Positions 38,516-52,170 of a stretch of DNA of 64,000 nt are shown piece after piece (the stretch's first letter is position 1; every line of letters begins with the position of its first letter). The notes beneath the pieces are model-generated. The model did not search any database, had not been told where the DNA came from, and saw nothing but the letters and a program-made list of their open reading frames with translations. The stretch is from Syncephalis fuscata S228 (lineage: Eukaryota > Fungi > Zoopagomycota): NCBI GenBank assembly GCA_025786725.1, contig JAHLTZ010000016.1, positions 1 to 64,000 of the forward strand. Reading direction: 5' to 3'. Both the position numbers and the translations under genes were made by a program.

Positions 38516-40707
38516 CTTGTAATTGGATAGTTGATTGATATCAATTGAATGTGTAGGTCAGTATCTATTGCGAATGTAACAGTTCTATAATGTAGCGAGT
38601 GGAGTCAAAGTAGGTAATCAAGCTTGAATGATTGTTGTGATGATGAACTAACTAGTCGATAGCAATATTTGTTGCACATTATATACTAGTGGATTAAATA
38701 GTGACATGATGATGTCAACCATGATAAATACTAGCTGTCATTAAGATTAAGAACTGACGCTGTTAATTATTGCATACTAAACAATGACATGGTGGTACTG
38801 AATTGTTTTGTACCATTAATAGATATGCGTAGACACTGACACTTTATTTCAGACGACTAAAAGCAATAGCCAAACGTAGTGAGGCATTTGTATGAATCAA
38901 GTCAAACAACAAAATGACCGCATATTTAAATGATAATCAGTCACATAGTTGTGCCGATGTCTGCTATTGGTACGATATTAGATATAAATAAAGCCTACAG
39001 CAAAAACTGATATTTGTATTATTTGGAAATTAGCCAAAATAAATAAAGAATAAGCCATATACTATTTCAGTAATATGTGTTGGATTAATACTCATTAGTA
39101 AATATTATTATCATAAGATAAATATTGATTTAGTGTACCATATACACCTATTCAAAAAATATATAATTTATTATAAATGCATAAATGCTTTTATAGGTAC
39201 TAGAGTACAAGGACCAAGTATAAATACATCAATTATAAGAGCGCCGATACTATTACAGTATAATGGTAGCCAACTGATTGCCATTGTTGCATCAGTGTGT
39301 ATTGTACACGAGATAAGTTGTGATAACAAATAAGCAAGTACGCACAGACAAAGGCACACGCATAAATGCGGCATTAACTACAAGCAGTAAGCATAATGGC
39401 TAGCCACTAGTTATATATATATATATTAATGAATTGAACCGCTATATCTATGACGATATGTACGATGATAGTGAATAAACAATCAAGTTACACTGGAGCA
39501 TTGATTATCTCCATGTCACTCAGTAAATAATACATAATATACACAGTTATAGTAGAAAGCAGACAGGAGTTGGTATAGACGATGGATAATATTGCTAAAA
39601 TGATAGTAAGTTATTTAATGCATCACTTATCCTGAATTGCAGACGTAAAAGCATGACCCGAATGCATAATGCATAATACAAATTTTAGACTGTAAACCAG
39701 TTATTTCTAATCAAGTTATTGTAATATGAGTCATCTACGCAACAATACAGCCTAGTTGGTATGCCGTGAGCTGCTGCTGTACGCTCAACTTCAAGCATAT
39801 CTGGCTGAGTCATTCTGATGGACATATCACAATGTCCTTACACCGAGTTGCATGTTATTTAGTCAGTTTAATTTACTTTGAGGCCAAGCAATAACGACAT
39901 CAACAGCCAAACATGATCTTCTATTGTCAAAATGCATATAATTAACAGGAAATAAATAATACAGGCAATTTATACTCAACAACACAAACTGAATTAACAT
40001 TTAGTAGCACTGTACTAGAAATAATCTGTTTATCCTTGTAGCCATGCCACAATGTCAAATCAAACGCATGTATGAACCAATCAGTATATTTCCATGGCTT
40101 AAAAGGTAGCAGATGGTTTATGCACGACAGCATATATACGTGGGGAGGTAAAGGCTCGATGCAGCAATGTTATTGCTGTATTGATGCTATTTACTGCTTA
40201 GGATGAATGTAAATATGGGAATTGAGGATGTTAGTGAAAGCGACAGCAAATGCACAACAATGCATCATCGCTGTTTCTTTAGAACCAATATGTTTAATCA
40301 ACGCTAAATAATCGAATGTTGTAACATTACAATATGAATTGATAGGTGCATTTCTACCAAATGAAAACCTGATAATGGCAGCGCCGCTTCATTTGTGTAA
40401 TTTCCAGAAGGCTGAAGCAAAGGCTTGGTTGCGTTATAGCGTATCATCGATATGCCGATATACGCATGATTCAAGCCAGCACATGGATATGCTTTATGAA
40501 TGCACACTGCACATCAATGATATAATCCATACAACACATTATACTGGTGTCTTTAATAGTCAGACTTAAATAGCACACAAATATACGCACCTAGCTAGTA
40601 GTATCATTATTACAATTTATTTTTTACTAAATACTTACTATCATCTACTTATCCTAAACACGCTCTATTGTCTATCCTACTTGATTTTTTAACAAATCAA
40701 TATTACC

Positions 40708-41623
40708 ATGAAGCTTTCTATTGCCAGCATCTGCGCCGTCCTCGTGGCTTTTGTGGCCAATATGGCTATGGTAAATGCTAAGCCAGTTCTAATTCGCCGT
40801 GGTACGTTGCAATTGCAATAATTAGTCATTTGATTAATTAAATACTGTTCGTATTATCGGATTGGTGTTATTAGGTCGTAAGTAATCCCATATATCGATT
40901 AGTCATGTATTACTTACACACCATTCCTTCTATGTGCTTAATAACCGCAATGTTAACAGCTCGTAAGTGGCATTGTATATTAAATAGCTATATACTAACC
41001 ATGTAACACCCAATGTGCGCACATTTGATAACTCGTATTGATAGAATGTAAGTAGCATGATATATTGATCAACTGTATACTAATTATATACCACCCGCCG
41101 TGTGTATTCAACAACTTGCATTACTAGTCAGTAGGTGGCATTGTATACTAACTAGTCATATACTAACTAAATGACATTCACTGTGTGGTTTGAATGATTT
41201 GTATTAATAGAAGGTAAGCTGTGTTGTACATAAAAAGCTATATACTAATTATATACCATTCACCGTGCGCGCTTAATAATTTGTATTATTAGCTAGTAAG
41301 CGCTATTGTACGTTTGCCAACTATGTGCTAACCATATAAAATTTACCGTGTGTGTTTAATAATTTGCATTACTAGCTAGTAAGCGTTATTGTATGTTTGT
41401 TAACTATGTGCTGACCATATGACATTCGCCGTGTGCGTTTAATAACATAAACCAATAGTTGGTAAGTGATATTGTATTTAATAAGCCATATGCTAAACGT
41501 ATATCATTCACTATGTGTGTCTAATAACTCTTATTTATAGGCTGTAGGTAGCTATGTATACCAAGTAGCTATGTACTAATCATACACCATGGACTGCGTA
41601 TGTAATAACTTGTGCTAATAGAA
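40708..41623 (+). CDS. Secreted prepro-peptide encoded by a microexon array (locus 2), predicted MKLSIASICAVLVAFVANMAMVNAKPVLIRR-GPQFKATIG*
   Basis: Exon 1 is 40708-40801. 3-nt exons: 40875-7 gtc, 40960-2 ctc, 41045-7 aat, 41128-30 tca, 41211-3 aag, 41293-5 cta, 41376-8 cta, 41459-61 ttg, 41541-3 gct, 41622-4 aag. All are flanked by AG and GT; introns are 73-82 nt; the last junction creates TAA. Confidence 0.85.
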
Positions 41624-42639
41624 GGTAAGTAGAAGCACGTACTACCAACTTAATACCAACTTTATGATATACGCTGTATTTATTTATAATCACAAAATAA
41701 CCAATAATTTCAAACCATAGACATTGGTAGTTTAATTGAACTGTTGGTTCAACATACTTTAGGTATATATTCGGCAAAAAAGGCCACTTGACAGCTGCTA
41801 TTTAGCCCGTTTATACATCAAGTTGCAACCAATGCCCCGGTTTACCTGCCTTTTAGTCGATGGCATCATTATATTACCAACAAACTTAAAATTAGTCGTG
41901 TCTACGCAACTATGCAAGATTATAGTAATAAACTAGCAGTTCCATTTTAACTAGCTTCAATCGTGTCGTTATAATTATACTTATGTTTCATTTGTATCCA
42001 AAACTTGGCAAACATTAGCCAAATATACATATTAACAAAGGATTATGCAACTATTCTGTGCTAATGACTAGCCTGGCCGATGAATCAACCAAGCAATTAA
42101 TGTCGAAGCATATGTTGGTGATGGATATCAGTTGTTGTCATCAGCTTTATTAACTTTGCTGATCTTGATATCGTTTTACGATGAATTTAAAAAATAATAA
42201 TGTGCAGCAAAAAAAACAATTTAAGTAAAAGAGGAAAGCATAAAAGACAATATGAAAAACCGAAAATATGAAATGTAAATGTAGAAAAGTGATGAGCTAT
42301 TATTAATGCTATGCGGTCTTTTAATAACCAACCTGATTTAAACTGTATAGCTTTATCAGATGATTACTTATGGTATATGTAGACTGATAATCATAAATAG
42401 CAGCAGTAACACTAACAGTGTTGTTTGTTTACTTAAACATGAGCTTTAACGCTTTATCTTCTTAGCGTAGTATTGTAATGCTTCTTGCCATTATGTTGAA
42501 CTTGATTGCCACATCTTTACGTTGGCTGATTTAGAAAATAGTGATTTAGTTGATTATCTTGATTGTATTATGGCTATTGCATTACCCTTAAACATTATGG
42601 TATAATTTGGTGTTTAATGGCTATATTTAATAATATTTA

Positions 42640-43100
42640 CGCAATTGAACATGGCACTAAGTGGTGAATGACATAATGAGTCAATTTATTATTATTTATT
42701 ACCGTAAATTTATTATCCAGTATGCATACATATTTTATTTATCTGTATCATTCCCATTCTATCTCACACTATCATATATTATTTATGATATACTAGACAT
42801 ATTTTATTTATTATATACTATAACGCACTTTGTTCACTTTACGCATTGCATCATAAACATTATAACTTTACCATTGTTATTCATACTATTTCAATTGTAT
42901 ATTTATTCTATTCTAAAGCACTTATTTTTAAATAAATTTGTTTCAACATTATTAATTGTAAACCTTAACTCATTCGCTCATTGCATTGTCATGCGCTATA
43001 GCTTTTCCATCAGTATTTACGTGCTTCTAACTACTTACCCATAGTTTTTATACTAGTGTACGCCTTATTGATCATACGGCACCAATAATATGAAAACATA
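42640..43100 (-). repeat. Dispersed repeat R1 copy spanning the inner breakpoint of the inverted duplication
   Basis: Reverse complement resembles 1-140 and 4300-4560. Confidence 0.6.
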
Positions 43101-45328
43101 TTTGGAATAACAGGCTATAGCCAAAAAGCTTTATTATTGATTAGTCAGCTCAGCCTAAAATAGAATAAATTCATTATTATCGATGTTACACCATAATATA
43201 ATTGTTATCTTTATTTTGCGAGTGTATACAGAATAAAGTCATCTACCATAAACTACTTATTTTCTGGATCATAAAAGTAATATTACTCAGTGAAAACTAT
43301 TACATTTTAATACGAGTGTTGCGAAGGAATTGGCCAGTGTGAGTTACGCGATTAGGCCGATATTATTTTGGCTTAAGCCACCATACGATGCGACTATTGT
43401 AAAGTTCAAAAATGGCCGTCGTACGTGCAAATCAAATCGACCCCTAAACGCCATGCAGCGGGTAAACAACTCCGTCAACAGACCGTTCGCTATCCATAAT
43501 GTTTCTTGATTTCTTACTCGGTAAATGCACAATGTAGAGCCACATAATTTATTAAAACACCCACAGCTGCATAACAGGTAATATGGAAGGTAAGCACTTT
43601 CACGTGGTAGACTTCAGCAAAGTCACATGGACTAGGCAGTCTGAGAGAATAACCAAAAGAACAACTACTTACCTGCATAAATACAACGCTAACAAAGCAT
43701 CCAGGTATTGCATAGTCAGCATTAGGCAATTCCAAAGCTATGCCAAGCATTTTACTTCAAATACACACGCCATAAAATCAGTTTGGTTACAATATAATTA
43801 ATTGCTGCCGAGCCGTCGATAGTTCGATTGAATCAACTGAATGGAGGCAAATAAAGCAGTCATGCAACAGCTAAGTGCAAGCAACTTTGAGTTGCAACGC
43901 TTTTAATTCCTGGATTAGGCAAACTAAATATCTTATTGGATTGTTATGAAACAACCGTACATATCAGCCATCGATACATTCATCATTACTAAATTCCTGA
44001 TTTCTACTATCTAGAGAGAAACAGAAACAAATTGTGCAACTTGGCCATGGGCGTCGCCTTTAACGTGGCAACTTATGCAGGCTAATTGGTGTATTGTCAG
44101 GAATGTGCTAACAATGCAGTGGTGCACGTGATGTTATCCAGCATTGCGCTTAGTCGGTTTCAGTAAAGCCATGAGTGGGTCGCCATAGGCCCTATTTGAT
44201 ACCTTTGAGCCCCTGGCAACTACCTGTAACACTATAGAAAAATTGCAAGTCTCATAAGAAACCACCATAAAGAACTATGCAGCATAATAGCGTGATTGTA
44301 TGATTTATGACTGATACTTATACAGCAATGTCTAATATTTCCTTCCAATCGGCCAGTGTAACTTTTAATCATGAAGGATGGGTTGATGGTACGGTCAGGT
44401 AAATAAAAGCATTGTCGATTCGCTACTACCCCAACTATTTCATCCGTTAATCTACAACACCCCGGCAGCACACATAGCTTGCATTGTTCTTTATACTTCA
44501 TTAATTTCTAATTTGTTAAATTCATTCATTTTTGTATCGACAAATATATACCCTTTTTCATTAGTATATAATTCACTCTTTCTTCGCATTTGTTTACAGC
44601 ATCATTAAGGAAATTTTCAACTAAATTATGTCGGATTGGACTTCGGAGACTATAGTACTTAATACTACGGGTAATACCAACGTAGATTGAAATATTTATT
44701 GCAATAACTAAAACCGATAAATAGAGCATTTTGCGGATGATTTGACCGAAACTGACATGTCCAATCTCGAGGTTCCCGATATTTATGTTTCTTTAAAGGC
44801 AACGGATAATAGCGAAGATTTGGCTGCCATCCCGAATATCAACAACAACTAATTCATTTAATAATATTACACGCGGTATTGTGTCTTTTGAGAAGACATT
44901 AATAATTACAAAGCTAGCTTTTGGTTACTATCGGCTGAACCAACAACTAATAATCATTTTAATTTACTCGATATTTCTGCTATACGCCATAGTACAACAT
45001 CTTTAACAACTTTACAATTGTATTTTTTGATAAAATGCATAACTAAGTGAACACTACAAGAGTTTGCTATGGCCAGTAGCTAAACTATTTGAGCCATTTT
45101 ATATTCTACGCTTTTTACTGATTTCGATGATATTATACTTATGTTTCGCTTGATAAAGCTATACTGATTTAATGATTTAAACTATAGTTGCGCTTCAATG
45201 TATTAATTTCAATGGCAACATCTGAATTATTGTTTATTTTATTACATATTGCTATATTATCATTCTAATATTGCACTATCATACGTATAATCAAATTAAT
45301 AGCCTTTATAGTCTATGTACCAGTTTAA

Positions 45329-45954
45329 TTATTCAAAGCCAAGACTTTGAAGAAATGCGTTAGAGCAACGCAATACCTGTTGGAAATTGTTCTCAAAACC
45401 ATCTTCGTCACCGTCATATGGATCTTTAATAATACGCTCTCCATTAGGATCATAATCACCAAAAAGCCTAACTGTATAAAGTATTAGAAAGACTATTTAA
45501 CAGTTGTCTCAGCTTACTAATAGCCTGTGAGTCTTGAGGTTTTAACTTCATCAAATTACTTAAATTGGATTCATCCATACAAAGAATGTATTCAAACTGG
45601 CCAAAATCTTCCTGTAATACTTGGCGAGCTATGTGATTGATTGGCACATTATGGCGCTGGCAACAACCAGCCGATCGATGATCCGCTGTCTTTCCCATCT
45701 AGATTAAATGTCAGATACCTTTATTATTCCATCTCTATAACTACCACTTGCATGTACTCCCGAAGTGCCAGCACTATCAATAATAAACTGATCGATCAAT
45801 CCTCGTTTATTGACCGCGTGTACAAACACCGCTTTAGCCATTGGGCTTCGGCAGATGTTGCCTATAAATTCAATAAACAATTCTTTATTATAAAGCTTCT
45901 ACTCCCCCTTTAGTCGATTTACCTACCAAGACATACAAATAGAACAGAAGGCAT
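45329..45954 (-). CDS. LTP1: Low-molecular-weight protein tyrosine phosphatase
   Basis: MPSVLFVCLG|NICRSPMA, IDSAGTSGVH, HIARQV, FEYILCMDESNL, IIKDPYDG. Confidence 0.93.
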
Positions 45955-46202
45955 ATTGTTTGAAACAGCTGAATAAAATAGACCAAAAAATAAAAGTGTT
46001 TGGCAGAGAATACGTCAGCTAAAAAAGAATCTCTTTTTATACACATACTCACATCACAACGTTCTTGTCTTCGCTTACATTCACCCAGTCCAAAACGCGA
46101 TTCAAATTGAGTCAATAGTGGCATGCACTATTAAACATAGCTGTTGGCCTACCTTCTATTTACCAACAAAGTACGACATTTTACAAGAAGGTCGGATAGA
46201 GT

Positions 46203-47865
46203 ATGGCACGAGGTGGTCATCGTGGTGGTCGGGGCGGTTTTGGTGGCGACAATTCGGTTCAACGTGGCCGTGGTGGTAGAGGACGTGGCGGCGGAGGACG
46301 AGGAATGCCAATACAGCAAGAAAAATCGACGTTAGATAGACCAGAGCTACAGCATGGACAATTACCAGCCAATAAGCCAGATACATCAGCGGCCATTAAA
46401 TCCAACGAGTTCTCGCAAAGCAACTCTTCCAAACGAGCACCAGTAGCAAGACCCGATACAGGCGTGGCTAGTGGGGTCAATGCAGCAATAAAGCCACTAA
46501 ACGAGACGAAAAAGAAGAAGAATGCAAAGAAAGCAAAAAAGAAGGCGTTGGCAGAAGCTACAAGTGCACCAGCGCCTAAAGTAAGCAAAAAAACATACAA
46601 AGGAAAGAACAAGGCTACGCCAGAAGAAGAGGCAGCGCAGCGTCGACGCGAAGAAAAGCGCGAAAGAGAGCGTGAACGGCGTCGCCAACGTGCGGCACGT
46701 CGTGCTAAAGAACGACAAGAAACAGAAGCAGCAGAAATGGCACGACGAACTAAAGTGGTAGTTCGACGGTTACCACCCACACTACCTGAATCTGTATTTT
46801 ACGAGGCAGCAGGCAATTGGCTATTAGATGATAAGATAGAATGGAAAATGTATTGTCCTGGCAAGGTGGCTAGCAGGTAAGTATTAAAGGAATATGATTA
46901 AATGGGCTAGCTTTCTAACGATATATTGAATTCTGTCAGCCGGGCCCAAGAAAACCGATATTCGCGAGCGTATATTCGTTTTCATACAATAGAACAAATG
47001 GTGGCTTTTCATCGAGGATTTGATGGACATTTATTTATTGATTCTAAAGGTAATATATCATTTGCATCATTTATCGGTAGCTAATTTTTCATCAATGTTA
47101 TTAGGCGAGGAAAGCTTTGCTGTTGTAGAGTATGCTCCATATCAGAAAATACCCAAAGAACGTAGCAAGGTAGATCATCACCAAGGTACAATTAATAAAG
47201 GTAAATAATACATGTGTTATATCACTAATCGTTAATGTATTTGCAATAGATCCTGATTATATGGCATTTCTCAAAAGATTAGAGGAGATTAAAGAAAATG
47301 GTAATGTAGAAAGTATTATGGACACACAACCAGAGGAAGAAGAGAAATGTAAGTTAATTATCTAATAACCAAATACATTTAATAATAATTAAATGGTGCC
47401 ACTGTAGCTTTATTGCCCACAGAAGGTAAAGATACACCACTACTCGAACATCTGCGTGAACAGAAAGCACTTATGGAAGCACGCAAACGAGAACGACGGG
47501 CACGGATTTCTAGTGCAAAGGCGGCATCTAGAGCTGAGAAAGCGGCGCGCGCAAAACAGCAAGCAAGTGCAAAAAAAGCTGCTTCTGGTAAAGCTCGACC
47601 TGAATCCGGTTCACGTCCTCCTAAGCCAGTCAAAATAGTTAAACGACCACCTGCTACCGCCGCAGCAGCGCCCAAAATTTTACTGAAACGGCCCACTGCA
47701 ACCAGCGAAGATATTACAAACGATCATAAAGATGAAGGTGCACCTAAAGTAGCAAAAGAGGGAACATCACGTTCGATAAGTCTGGCTTTAAATGCTGCGC
47801 TACAAGGTGGTAGCCGAAGTAAAGGCAGCGGTAAGAAGAAAGCTAATTCGCCTGAACAAAAATAA
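46203..47865 (+). CDS. UPF3: Nonsense-mediated decay factor Upf3/Smg4
   Basis: TKVVVRRLPPTL, YSRAYIRF, FDGHLFIDSK, AVVEYAPYQKIPK, GTINK|DPDYMAFL, TPLLEHLR. Confidence 0.92.
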
Positions 47866-49069
47866 TAACAACAACAATACTGGCGATTACTTTTTACTTT
47901 ATTCTATACTATGCGCTATGTTTGTTTTGTATTTAATTAAATAATTAATATAAAAGACATTGTTCATTTTTTTTGCAATTATGGCCTATTGTTAATAAAT
48001 AATAATAAATTGACTCATTATGTCATTCACCACTTAGTGCCATGTTCAATTGCGTAAATATTATTAAATATAGCCATTAAACACCAAATATACCATAATG
48101 TTTAAGGGTAATGCAATAGCCATAATACAATCAAGATAATCAACTAAATCACTATTTTCTAAATCAGCCAACGTAAAGATGTGGCAATCAAGTTCAACAT
48201 AATGGCAAGAAGCATTACAATACTACGCTAAGAAGATAAAGCGTTAAAGCTCATGTTTAAGTAAACAAACAACACTGTTAGTGTTACTGCTGCTATTTAT
48301 GATTATCAGTCTACATATACCATAAGTAATCATCTGATAAAGCTATACAGTTTAAATCAGGTTGGTTATTAAAAGACCGCATAGCATTAATAATAGCTCA
48401 TCACTTTTCTACATTTACATTTCATATTTTCGGTTTTTCATATTGTCTTTTATGCTTTCCTCTTTTACTTAAATTGTTTTTTTTGCTGCACATTATTATT
48501 TTTTAAATTCATCGTAAAACGATATTAAGATCAGCAAAGTTAATAAAGCTGATGACAACAACTGATATCCATCACCAACATATGCTTCGACATTAATTGC
48601 TTGGTTGATTCATCGGCCAGGCTAGTCATTAGCACAGAATAGTTGCATAATCCTTTGTTAATATGTATATTTGGCTAATGTTTGCCAAGTTTTGGATACA
48701 AATGAAACATAAGTATAATTATAACGACACGATTGAAGCTAGTTAAAATGGAACTGCTAGTTTATTACTATAATCTTGCATAGTTGCGTAGACACGACTA
48801 ATTTTAAGTTTGTTGGTAATATAATGATGCCATCGACTAAAAGGCAGGTAAACCGGGGCATTGGTTGCAACTTGATGTATAAACGGGCTAAATAGCAGCT
48901 GTCAAGTGGCCTTTTTTGCCGAATATATACCTAAAGTATGTTGAACCAACAGTTCAATTAAACTACCAATGTCTATGGTTTGAAATTATTGGTTATTTTG
49001 TGATTATAAATAAATACAGCGTATATCATAAAGTTGGTATTAAGTTGGTAGTACGTGCTTCTACTTACC

Positions 49070-49985
49070 TTCTATTAGCACAAGTTATTACATACGCAGT
49101 CCATGGTGTATGATTAGTACATAGCTACTTGGTATACATAGCTACCTACAGCCTATAAATAAGAGTTATTAGACACACATAGTGAATGATATACGTTTAG
49201 CATATGGCTTATTAAATACAATATCACTTACCAACTATTGGTTTATGTTATTAAACGCACACGGCGAATGTCATATGGTCAGCACATAGTTAACAAACAT
49301 ACAATAACGCTTACTAGCTAGTAATGCAAATTATTAAACACACACGGTAAATTTTATATGGTTAGCACATAGTTGGCAAACGTACAATAGCGCTTACTAG
49401 CTAATAATACAAATTATTAAGCGCGCACGGTGAATGGTATATAATTAGTATATAGTTTTTTATGTACAACACAGCTTACCTTCTATTAATACAAATCATT
49501 CAAACCACACAGTGAATGTCATTTAGTTAGTATATGACTAGTTAGTATACAATGCCACCTACTGACTAGTAATGCAAGTTGTTGAATACACACGGCGGGT
49601 GGTATATAATTAGTATACAGTTGATCAATATATCATGCTACTTACATTCTACCAATACGAGTTATCAAATGTGCGCACATTGGGTGTTACATGGTTAGTA
49701 TATAGCTATTTAATATACAATGCCACTTACGAGCTGTTAACATTGCGGTTATTAAGCACATAGAAGGAATGGTGTGTAAGTAATACATGACTAATCGATA
49801 TATGGGATTACTTACGACCTAATAACACCAATCCGATAATACGAACAGTATTTAATTAATCAAATGACTAATTATTGCAATTGCAACGTACCACGGCGAA
49901 TTAGAACTGGCTTAGCATTTACCATAGCCATATTGGCCACAAAAGCCACGAGGACGGCGCAGATGCTGGCAATAGAAAGCTTCAT
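49070..49985 (-). CDS. Microexon prepro-peptide gene, locus 3 (duplicate of locus 2, same predicted GPQFKATIG peptide)
   Basis: Exon 1 is 49985-49892 and the last microexon 49071-49069; the differences I saw from locus 2 are intronic SNPs. Confidence 0.85.
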
Positions 49986-52170
49986 GGTAATATTGATTTG
50001 TTAAAAAATCAAGTAGGATAGACAATAGAGCGTGTTTAGGATAAGTAGATGATAGTAAGTATTTAGTAAAAAATAAATTGTAATAATGATACTACTAGCT
50101 AGGTGCGTATATTTGTGTGCTATTTAAGTCTGACTATTAAAGACACCAGTATAATGTGTTGTATGGATTATATCATTGATGTGCAGTGTGCATTCATAAA
50201 GCATATCCATGTGCTGGCTTGAATCATGCGTATATCGGCATATCGATGATACGCTATAACGCAACCAAGCCTTTGCTTCAGCCTTCTGGAAATTACACAA
50301 ATGAAGCGGCGCTGCCATTATCAGGTTTTCATTTGGTAGAAATGCACCTATCAATTCATATTGTAATGTTACAACATTCGATTATTTAGCGTTGATTAAA
50401 CATATTGGTTCTAAAGAAACAGCGATGATGCATTGTTGTGCATTTGCTGTCGCTTTCACTAACATCCTCAATTCCCATATTTACATTCATCCTAAGCAGT
50501 AAATAGCATCAATACAGCAATAACATTGCTGCATCGAGCCTTTACCTCCCCACGTATATATGCTGTCGTGCATAAACCATCTGCTACCTTTTAAGCCATG
50601 GAAATATACTGATTGGTTCATACATGCGTTTGATTTGACATTGTGGCATGGCTACAAGGATAAACAGATTATTTCTAGTACAGTGCTACTAAATGTTAAT
50701 TCAGTTTGTGTTGTTGAGTATAAATTGCCTGTATTATTTATTTCCTGTTAATTATATGCATTTTGACAATAGAAGATCATGTTTGGCTGTTGATGTCGTT
50801 ATTGCTTGGCCTCAAAGTAAATTAAACTGACTAAATAACATGCAACTCGGTGTAAGGACATTGTGATATGTCCATCAGAATGACTCAGCCAGATATGCTT
50901 GAAGTTGAGCGTACAGCAGCAGCTCACGGCATACCAACTAGGCTGTATTGTTGCGTAGATGACTCATATTACAATAACTTGATTAGAAATAACTGGTTTA
51001 CAGTCTAAAATTTGTATTATGCATTATGCATTCGGGTCATGCTTTTACGTCTGCAATTCAGGATAAGTGATGCATTAAATAACTTACTATCATTTTAGCA
51101 ATATTATCCATCGTCTATACCAACTCCTGTCTGCTTTCTACTATAACTGTGTATATTATGTATTATTTACTGAGTGACATGGAGATAATCAATGCTCCAG
51201 TGTAACTTGATTGTTTATTCACTATCATCGTACATATCGTCATAGATATAGCGGTTCAATTCATTAATATATATATATATAACTAGTGGCTAGCCATTAT
51301 GCTTACTGCTTGTAGTTAATGCCGCATTTATGCGTGTGCCTTTGTCTGTGCGTACTTGCTTATTTGTTATCACAACTTATCTCGTGTACAATACACACTG
51401 ATGCAACAATGGCAATCAGTTGGCTACCATTATACTGTAATAGTATCGGCGCTCTTATAATTGATGTATTTATACTTGGTCCTTGTACTCTAGTACCTAT
51501 AAAAGCATTTTATAATAAATTATATATTTTTTGAATAGGTGTATATGGTACACTAAATCAATATTTATCTTATGATAATAATATTTACTAATGAGTATTA
51601 ATCCAACACATATTACTGAAATAGTATATGGCTTATTCTTTATTTATTTTGGCTAATTTCCAAATAATACAAATATCAGTTTTTGCTGTAGGCTTTATTT
51701 ATATCTAATATCGTACCAATAGCAGACATCGGCACAACTATGTGACTGATTATCATTTAAATATGCGGTCATTTTGTTGTTTGACTTGATTCATACAAAT
51801 GCCTCACTACGTTTGGCTATTGCTTTTAGTCGTCTGAAATAAAGTGTCAGTGTCTACGCATATCTATTAATGGTACAAAACAATTCAGTACCACCATGTC
51901 ATTGTTTAGTATGCAATAATTAACAGCGTCAGTTCTTAATCTTAATGACAGCTAGTATTTATCATGGTTGACATCATCATGTCACTATTTAATCCACTAG
52001 TATATAATGTGCAACAAATATTGCTATCGACTAGTTAGTTCATCATCACAACAATCATTCAAGCTTGATTACCTACTTTGACTCCACTCGCTACATTATA
52101 GAACTGTTACATTCGCAATAGATACTGACCTACACATTCAATTGATATCAATCAACTATCCAATTACAAG

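Larger units (their letters stand above)
35802..42701 (+). repeat. Left arm of a 6.9-kb inverted segmental duplication
   Basis: Reverse complement of 47993-54884; mirrored identical ORFs in the track; a few SNPs and indels. Confidence 0.95.

Noticed and set aside
41580-41777. 65-aa ORF and its twin at 48916-49113
   Set aside because: TTG start, antisense to the microexon gene's 3' end; identical only because of the duplication.
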